Assembly: GCA_000437315.1 (NCBI GenBank)
Contig: FR899426.1
Coordinates: 1 to 60,929 of the forward strand
Reading direction: 5' to 3'
Length of the DNA stretch: 60,929 bases
DNA from: Mycoplasma sp. CAG:472
GTDB taxonomy: Bacteria > Bacillota_I > Bacilli_A > RF39 > UBA660
Shown one piece after another: positions 55,401-60,929 of the stretch. The translations under genes and the position numbers were made by a program. Every line of letters starts with the position of its first letter. The first letter of the stretch is position 1. Under the pieces are notes generated by a model. It was not told the DNA's origin. It searched no databases and saw nothing but the letters and a program-made list of their open reading frames with translations.

Positions 55401-55593
55401 GACACCAAAACCTTAGTAGTAAAATAATGAAATCAAGTAAAACAAAGGAAAAAAACTATTTTATACATTGATATTATACGATATAAATTGGTTGAAATCA
55501 ATACTTTTGCCACCAAAAGTGCCACCAATTGACCTCAAAAAATATAACAAAGGTCTTTTGGACTTCTAATACCCTTGAAAATAACCATAAAAT

Positions 55594-55626
55594 AGAAAAA
55601 AACCCACAATTACAATGAATTGTGGG
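55594..55626 (-). terminator. Intrinsic terminator after int
   Basis: Minus-strand CCCACAATT-CATTGT-AATTGTGGG followed by TTTTTTT. Confidence 0.8.
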
Positions 55627-55631
55627 AATTA

Positions 55632-57227
55632 TTATATACTAATATATTCATCTTTATATTTCGAAATATCACTTATTGGATTAAGTAAAAGTTCATGGTT
55701 ATTGTCGAAAATATTATAAATGCCATCAAGTAATTTATTAATTATTTCAGGATTGACACTTTCAATAAATTGATTAAAAATTTGTAAATTTGGATTACTA
55801 TCTAAAATATATTGCTTACATATATTCATATAAGTATCTAAATCATCATATGTTATATTGTCATTGGACAACCACTCTAATGTATCAAATAAATCATTTT
55901 CATTAGTAATTTTTGGATTTTTTGTTAATATTGATAATAAAGTTAATGGTTGAATGCCAACATTGGGTGCATCATTATTGTTATAAATATATCTTTCCAT
56001 CACATTAGCAATTTTTTGATCTTGTATTAAATTACTATGAGTATATATTTTTAAAGTTGTTGATACTTCAGAGTGACCTAATCTACGAGCAACATCCTGT
56101 AATGGTATTCCTATTGCTAATAAATATGTTGCATGACTATGCCTTATATCATGGACAGTTATTGGCTTTAGAGAATTATCTTTTACAAATCTAGACCAAT
56201 CTTTAGTTAAATAATCAGGATGCCAGACACTATCTAATTTTAATGTTCTAAAAATATAATCTTCAGCAGTAGGATTAAAACCATTTTCAATCTGACAATT
56301 TTTATATTCCATAAGTGTATTATAAACTTCTTCAACAACGACAATCTTTCTAGCACTTTCATCAGTTTTAGGTTTGATTGCAACTAATGAATTTGTCACT
56401 TGTTCTATAATTTCATACTTTTTAAAAAAATCAGGATCTTGTCGCATTTCTTTTGATGCTACTGCAAGTTCACGATTAACACTAATAATATAAGTTGTTT
56501 GAAATTTTCTAACACCATTTTCAGTAATAGGCATTTTTCTTTTTGATATGTCTTTCCATTTCAAACCACAAAGTTCACCTCGTCTAAATCCAGTATTAAA
56601 CAGGGTAAATATTGCAGTTCTAAATCTAATGTCATACTTTTCCAAAAGCTCAAACACTTCCATCATTTCTTCATAGTTATAATAATCCTTTTTTTTAACT
56701 TTTAATTTAGGTGGATTTATAACAAATTCTGCAGGATTTGTTAATAACCATTTTTTCTTTTTCGCATAATTAAAAATAGAAGCAATTAATTTATGACAAT
56801 GATTAATATAAGTCTCAGATAAAGGTTTACCAGTTTGAGGATTATTCGAATTTCTCATTTTGTCATATAACTTTTCTAAATCTTGTTCGGTTATACTCCT
56901 TATTTTAATATCTCCCAAACTAGGTAAAATCCAATTATTAAGTAATTGTTTATACCCTCTGACAGTATTAAGTGATCTCTTTTGATATTTAGTATCACCT
57001 AAGTATATTTTTGAGGTTTGAATAAGAGTATAACCACCATTTTCAGCTTTAAGTCCTTCTTCTTTCATTTGCTGTTGCAATTTTTTCATTTCATCTCTTC
57101 GTTTTATTGCATCTTCTTCAGTACCATATACTCTTTCAACTATACGATCACGAGTACCATCATCTCTAAAACCATTACTTAATTCGATTCTAAAAACGCC
57201 TTCTGCTTCTGTATATATATTTTTCAT
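55632..57227 (-). CDS. int: Tyrosine-type site-specific recombinase/integrase with a C-terminal extension of about 130 aa
   Basis: Catalytic residues in context: TGFRRGELCGL, HDIRHSHATYLL, LGHSEVSTTLKIYTHS. About 130 residues follow the catalytic Tyr. A possible upstream ATA start lies at 57251. Confidence 0.9.
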   Translation of the reverse strand: MKNIYTEAEGVFRIELSNGFRDDGTRDRIVERVYGTEEDAIKRRDEMKKLQQQMKEEGLKAENGGYTLIQTSKIYLGDTKYQKRSLNTVRGYKQLLNNWILPSLGDIKIRSITEQDLEKLYDKMRNSNNPQTGKPLSETYINHCHKLIASIFNYAKKKKWLLTNPAEFVINPPKLKVKKKDYYNYEEMMEVFELLEKYDIRFRTAIFTLFNTGFRRGELCGLKWKDISKRKMPITENGVRKFQTTYIISVNRELAVASKEMRQDPDFFKKYEIIEQVTNSLVAIKPKTDESARKIVVVEEVYNTLMEYKNCQIENGFNPTAEDYIFRTLKLDSVWHPDYLTKDWSRFVKDNSLKPITVHDIRHSHATYLLAIGIPLQDVARRLGHSEVSTTLKIYTHSNLIQDQKIANVMERYIYNNNDAPNVGIQPLTLLSILTKNPKITNENDLFDTLEWLSNDNITYDDLDTYMNICKQYILDSNPNLQIFNQFIESVNPEIINKLLDGIYNIFDNNHELLLNPISDISKYKDEYISI

Positions 57228-57263
57228 TCGATTATCATTTATTTTACCTATATATTATCCCCC

Positions 57264-57536
57264 CTAAACATATCTTTTATTTATCTTTTCATTTTCTTTA
57301 ACAATAATTTTATTACTTGCAAGATATCTTTCTATATCTTTAACATCAAAATAATTTAATTTTCCAATTTTAACAACAGGAATAAAACCATTTTTAATGG
57401 CTTCATTTAATCCATAATTACTTATAGCAGGATACCTGTTTAAAACTTCTTTAGTTTTCAATAATATTTGACTGCCATTGTTAACTTCATTTTGTTTTTG
57501 ATATTTATTAATGATTGTTCCTATTTCAATTAACAT
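57264..57536 (-). CDS. xis: Excisionase-family / MerR-like HTH DNA-binding protein
   Basis: LLKTKEVLNRYPAISNYGLNEAIKNGFIPVVKIGKLNYFDVKDIERYL; position directly upstream of int. A possible ATT start lies at 57554. Confidence 0.7.
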   Translation of the reverse strand: MLIEIGTIINKYQKQNEVNNGSQILLKTKEVLNRYPAISNYGLNEAIKNGFIPVVKIGKLNYFDVKDIERYLASNKIIVKENEKINKRYV

Positions 57537-57566
57537 ATCACCTAAATTGTTAATATTTATCCCCCC

Positions 57567-58622
57567 TTAAATACTTATATATGAATTATATGAATTTTCA
57601 TCTATTGATATGTTTTGGGTTTTAGATAATATCTTCTCATAATTATTTATTATCATTTTTGAATAATTAACAATAGTATTAAGTGAATCATCGATTTCCT
57701 TAAAATCCTTATTTCTACTCCAAGAATAAAGGTACATGTTTGAATATTGACTTGTATCCATACCTAAATATTTCGAAACAACATACGCAATTGCTTCTGC
57801 TTCAGTTTCATATTTATTTCTGTATTCTTGATAATCCTGATTATTATTGAGTAAGTGTTTATGAGCAAGAGAGTGAGCATATTCATGAATAACAACTTTT
57901 AATCTCATAAGATTACTTAAACCCTTATGCACAACTATTGTGGAATTTTTAAAATCACAATATCCTTTAGCTCCTGATTCTATTTTATCCACATATTTTA
58001 CTTTAAAGCCGTCTCGATATATAGCTTTAATAAATAAATCTTCTATCCCCTCAGCACGATCATCTTCCATAATGGGATTTAATTTTTCATTAATTTCATC
58101 TAGTGGCATATTAGTTTGACTTGCATCAAACACCGATCCGACTTTAAAATTGCTTAATTTTTCACTATGAAATGTTACTGAATCATCAAATTTATCTTTG
58201 TATTGTTTTAATTCAGTCTCATTCAAAGCAAAGAGTGGTTTATAATCATATTTTCCATCAATACCTGTCTTAATTTTAACTATTGTATAAAAAGTAGGAA
58301 CTAATATTTTTATGCTTTGTTCACCAGAATTTATTCTATATCCCATTTTGTTAAATGTGCGAAGTGGAGCAACATAATTTGCATTAGGATTTTGCATCCA
58401 TATTAAACATTGATTGTTATATGAATAATTATTAAATTTAATTATATTATCTAAAAACTTTTTAATGTCACTCTCAGATTTAAAACTTTCAATAGCTTGT
58501 TTTTTTAAATCAAATATAATTGATTTAACATTATTTTCTAGCTGTTCCTTTTCTTTTTCATCTTTAGTTTTATTAGCTTGAAAACTTAATTCATTTATAT
58601 TTTTTAATTGTTCTTCTAACAA
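57567..58622 (-). CDS. ArdC-like antirestriction protein (ssDNA-binding N-domain + HExxH metalloprotease domain)
   Basis: YSYNNQCLIWMQNPNANYVAPLRTFNKMGYRINSGEQSIKILVP (ArdC_N-like); VVIHEYAHSLAHKH; TTG start 7 nt after AAGGAGGA. Confidence 0.75.
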   Translation of the reverse strand: MLEEQLKNINELSFQANKTKDEKEKEQLENNVKSIIFDLKKQAIESFKSESDIKKFLDNIIKFNNYSYNNQCLIWMQNPNANYVAPLRTFNKMGYRINSGEQSIKILVPTFYTIVKIKTGIDGKYDYKPLFALNETELKQYKDKFDDSVTFHSEKLSNFKVGSVFDASQTNMPLDEINEKLNPIMEDDRAEGIEDLFIKAIYRDGFKVKYVDKIESGAKGYCDFKNSTIVVHKGLSNLMRLKVVIHEYAHSLAHKHLLNNNQDYQEYRNKYETEAEAIAYVVSKYLGMDTSQYSNMYLYSWSRNKDFKEIDDSLNTIVNYSKMIINNYEKILSKTQNISIDENSYNSYISI

Positions 58623-58635
58623 ACATCAATCCTCC

Positions 58636-58974
58636 TTATATATTTATATCTTTTATATATCCATTATCAATATAATCAGACAACCACATAGCTCCAAATG
58701 TTTCTCTTATCTTTAATCTAAACATGGCAAGTTTACCAAGTTCTAAATCTTTGTTATTAAGACCAAATGCTATATTAGTTAAGTTTTCATTTTGAAATGA
58801 ATATACTTCATCAAAAGAAAAGGAATCACCAACAATTCCTTCTTTCTTTAACATATTGGTAATGCCCTCAACCCATTCGTTGAGATCACCACCACATCCT
58901 TGTAATATTAAGTATTCATAATTTTTGTCTCTAAGTTCTTTAACTTCACTACAAGATAATTTTTTAATTTCTAT
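58636..58974 (-). CDS. Hypothetical protein; the frame extends 40 codons upstream of the first ATG to an SD-spaced ATA
   Basis: The in-frame sequence is TAA AAT ATA GGA GGA ATT TTT ATA GAA ATT AAA..., giving IEIKKLSCSEVKELRDKNYEYLILQGCGGDLNEWVEGITNMLKKEG... The track ORF covers only 58636-58854. Confidence 0.55.
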   Translation of the reverse strand: MEIKKLSCSEVKELRDKNYEYLILQGCGGDLNEWVEGITNMLKKEGIVGDSFSFDEVYSFQNENLTNIAFGLNNKDLELGKLAMFRLKIRETFGAMWLSDYIDNGYIKDINI

Positions 58975-58985
58975 AAAAATTCCTC

Positions 58986-59465
58986 CTATATTTTAATATC
59001 CATAAATGGATTCTCAAAATCTTTTCCAACTATATAATTATAGTGATTGATGAAATCCAAATAATTAAGTTCTATATCATCTGAACCATCAGAATTTCCT
59101 GCAAAAACTTTTATTGTTTCACCGTCATTATAGAAAGATGCAACGCCACTTAATCCAGTTTCAATATTTTGAACATGTAAAAATAAATTATCATCTTTTA
59201 ATAATTGAGTTTTGATTTTTTCTAATTCTTCTAATTTAACATCCATTGCAGTTTTTATTACTTTAAATTGATCCTCACCAATAATGAGTCCAAGTGATGA
59301 GCCATTATCCCAAGTCATTTGAATTGTTCCCATATCATCTACAAAATCAACAATGCCATGTGTCCCTGATGGAACAGCTTGAGAATCTTCCATACTTATT
59401 AATTCAATTTCGGTACCTTTAGGATATTGTTCCTTAATTCTTTTAATTTGATAATCTTTTAACAT
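58986..59465 (-). CDS. DUF4314-domain protein
   Basis: IKEQYPKGTEIELISMEDSQAVPSGTHGIVDFVDDMGTIQMTWDNGSSLGLIIGEDQF matches the DUF4314 pattern common in Firmicute ICEs. Confidence 0.7.
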   Translation of the reverse strand: MLKDYQIKRIKEQYPKGTEIELISMEDSQAVPSGTHGIVDFVDDMGTIQMTWDNGSSLGLIIGEDQFKVIKTAMDVKLEELEKIKTQLLKDDNLFLHVQNIETGLSGVASFYNDGETIKVFAGNSDGSDDIELNYLDFINHYNYIVGKDFENPFMDIKI

Positions 59466-59476
59466 TTTATTCCCCC

Positions 59477-59833
59477 TTATATCTGAATATCATTTAGAAT
59501 AATATTATAATCATCTTCTAATGATTTTATAGTTTCCTCTTGAATGTAATCAACTAAATCAGGATCATCACAAATCATATCAACAATCCACATAACATCA
59601 TCTAATCCTGCACTTTTATCCACTCGAGCATTATACATATTTGCAAGTTGTTTTCCTACTTTTTCTATATTAACTTCTTCGAAAATAAAATCATTTTCAT
59701 TTTGATAAACTCCACTTAATTTAAGTTTTTCAAAAGTGTCTTTTGCTTTATTAATTGCGTCATCTAATTCATCACTATCAACTTTTATAATTTTATTAGT
59801 GTTTAAACCTTTAGCTCTTATATATTTTGAAAT
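59477..59833 (-). CDS. Unannotated 118-codon ORF with a probable ATT start
   Basis: My translation shows no stop from 59833 to the TAA at 59479-59477: (I)SKYIRAKGLNTNKIIKVDSDELDDAINKAKDTFEKLKLSGVYQNENDFIFEEVNIEKVGKQLANMYNARVDKSAGLDDVMWIVDMICDDPDLVDYIQEETIKSLEDDYNIILNDIQI. The first ATG is codon 66. The ATT lies 6 nt after the TAAGGAGGA junction. Confidence 0.6.
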   Translation of the reverse strand: MSKYIRAKGLNTNKIIKVDSDELDDAINKAKDTFEKLKLSGVYQNENDFIFEEVNIEKVGKQLANMYNARVDKSAGLDDVMWIVDMICDDPDLVDYIQEETIKSLEDDYNIILNDIQI

Positions 59834-59845
59834 AATTATTCCTCC

Positions 59846-60100
59846 TTAAATACCAATGTCAATTTCGTCATCATCGAATGCATTATACATTTCATAGTTC
59901 TGATCAACTGGTTCTATATATTCACACATAATCGAAAGTGCCTCTTCATAACTTCCAGAAGATGTAACTCTATTAGCCATTTCTTTTGCCTTATCATGAT
60001 ATCCTGCATCTTTTAATGCACGACTACATATACCAATTAAATTAAATACATTTCCATCTGCTCCAATAATAGGGGCAACTGGTTTATTTTTTTCTTCCAT
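59846..60100 (-). CDS. Small conserved mobile-element protein (unknown function)
   Basis: 84 aa; SD GGAGGA then ATG. APIIGADGNVFNLIGICSRALKDAGYHDKAKEMANRVTSSGSYEEALSIMCEY resembles a family I have seen in Firmicute ICE and phage regions. Confidence 0.6.
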   Translation of the reverse strand: MEEKNKPVAPIIGADGNVFNLIGICSRALKDAGYHDKAKEMANRVTSSGSYEEALSIMCEYIEPVDQNYEMYNAFDDDEIDIGI

Positions 60101-60111
60101 TTTAATCCTCC

Positions 60112-60825
60112 TTATATTCTAATTCCAACATCAATGTTGTAATCTATTTCTTTTTCTATAAAATCTCTTAATTTACTTTGCATACCTAACATCAAAGTAA
60201 TATCACTCGTTAAGTCAGGTTCCCACGTTTCAAAAGTGAGGTTATCAAATTCATCTTTATAGTTATTTGTATATTTAGAATACCTTAACCCCATTTTTCC
60301 ATTTTGAACAATTAAATCACAAAAATATAAATTATCTAAATCTTCAAATGTGACTAATTTATTGTAATCATCATATTCTAAATCTTGTGCATCTGCCCCA
60401 ATATGCTGTAAATCTGCAAGACATTTATGCATTTTAAATTTAGTATTATATTCTTCAAGAAAATGTTTATTAAATTGCTTTCTAATTATGTTATATGTAT
60501 GATTAACAGCTTTATCATATTCATCATATTTAAAATATTTTGCAGACTCCCAAGCAATATCATTAAACATATCGTTATTATCAGAACAAGTACGATCAGC
60601 TGTAATAACCATAATGTTATCACTATTACGACTTTCACAAGCCCATATTAACAATTCATTATCCGTAGTAGGTTCATAAATTGTTAGCATTAACCCTTGT
60701 TCCCTACAATTATTAAATGTTTTATAATATCCTTGCAAATTATCTGAAACATTTTTTAGTTTTTGTTCTAATTTATTAAAAAAATTTTGGCTTACTTCCA
60801 AACTTCGATTTTTAGTAATTTCTAT
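60112..60825 (-). CDS. Hypothetical protein; probable ATA start 6 nt after the SD
   Basis: The in-frame sequence is TAA GGA GGA ATA AAA ATA GAA ATT ACT AAA AAT CGA AGT TTG... The track start (TTG, 60801) has no SD. Confidence 0.55.
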   Translation of the reverse strand: MEITKNRSLEVSQNFFNKLEQKLKNVSDNLQGYYKTFNNCREQGLMLTIYEPTTDNELLIWACESRNSDNIMVITADRTCSDNNDMFNDIAWESAKYFKYDEYDKAVNHTYNIIRKQFNKHFLEEYNTKFKMHKCLADLQHIGADAQDLEYDDYNKLVTFEDLDNLYFCDLIVQNGKMGLRYSKYTNNYKDEFDNLTFETWEPDLTSDITLMLGMQSKLRDFIEKEIDYNIDVGIRI

Positions 60826-60929
60826 TTTTATTCCTCCTTATTTTACATTACAAAAAAGAGCAGAATTATATCTACTCAAATATTTTTTATAACTAATCGA
60901 TAAATTGTAATTTATATGTTTTGAAAATT

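Larger units (their letters stand above)
55357..60929 (-). mobile_element. int-xis end of an integrative (probably conjugative or mobilisable) element inserted in tRNA-Trp; it continues beyond the window
   Basis: A tRNA half is followed by the integrase, an excisionase-type HTH, and ArdC-like, DUF4314 and other small leading-region-type genes, all co-oriented. Confidence 0.7.

Noticed and set aside
55357-55440. A complete tRNA-Trp gene
   Set aside because: Only the anticodon loop to CCA can be folded. The sequence where the anticodon 5' stem, D arm and acceptor 5' strand should be (55401-55440) does not pair with the 3' half, so this is a fragment and not a functional tRNA.
47025-60651. Antisense ORFs inside conjugation and cargo genes (47025-47228, 47233-47478, 48217-48429, 50744-50959, 51414-51683, 51981-52190, 53846-54061, 54140-54331, 60427-60651)
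   Set aside because: They overlap longer, motif-bearing or operon-consistent ORFs on the other strand. 50744-50959 also conflicts with the SD-led 37-aa ORF and the coiled-coil gene.
38066-60929. Prophage interpretation of the integrase-containing region
   Set aside because: There are no capsid, portal, terminase, tail or lysis-cassette genes. The gene content (VirD4, VirB4, wall hydrolase, ArdC-like, DUF4314) is that of conjugative elements.
1-60929. CRISPR arrays, rRNA genes, retron/DGR reverse transcriptases and IS transposases
   Set aside because: I looked for regularly spaced short repeats, rRNA-like GC-rich blocks, YxDD reverse-transcriptase motifs and DDE or serine-recombinase ORFs on both strands. 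I found none. The only transposon trace is the TnpV-like remnant at 24.3 kb.

Overview
This is a very AT-rich chromosomal segment from a Firmicutes-type endospore former: spoIVA, a gerA-type A-C-B germinant receptor operon, hup, mraY and a FemAB-family gene are all present. No rRNA, CRISPR array, reverse transcriptase or phage structural genes were seen.

Layout:
- About 1-38 kb is mostly core genes with small accessory islets. These are an orphan 719-aa gene plus a decayed RhuM gene; a tRNA-Gly hotspot carrying an overlapping Zn-ribbon/DUF4145 + HD-domain gene pair and transposon scars; a four-gene lipid-acylation operon; and a CssRS/HtrA-like two-component module with a shared direct-repeat operator.
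- About 38-55.3 kb is a Gram-positive type IV secretion (conjugation) cluster. It has a VirD4-like coupling protein, a bifunctional wall hydrolase, a split VirB4, VirB3/PrgI-like, VirB6/TcpH-like and pilin-like two-TM proteins, plus cargo. No relaxase or integrase lies inside it.
- 55357-55400 is an orphan 3' half of tRNA-Trp (an att junction).
- From there to the window end runs the int-xis end of a second integrative element, with an ArdC-like protein, a DUF4314 protein and others.

Most interesting signals not explained by the ORF track:
1. A GC-richer mini-locus between spoIVA and a surface-protein gene. It has a consensus promoter, a strong SD, a 50-aa hydrophobic ORF and 17 bp of 5'/3' end complementarity, so it looks like a type I toxin or a MITE.
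2. Nested out-of-frame tandem duplications (140 bp, 146 bp and about 280 bp units) that leave a large surface-protein body without a start codon, behind three decoy 5' ends.
3. Systematic SD-spaced ATA/ATT initiation codons, with TAAGGAGGA stop-SD junctions, in the int-xis/leading-region operon.
4. The DUF4145 + HD pair at tRNA-Gly, as a candidate two-gene defence-like cassette.
5. Unannotated small-RNA-like transcription units at 6.8-7.05 kb and 11.66-11.81 kb.
6. A cargo gene interrupted only by two in-frame TGA codons.

Several genes are broken at short homopolymers, so assembly indels must be excluded before calling them pseudogenes. All functional calls rest on motif recognition by eye; no database search was run.
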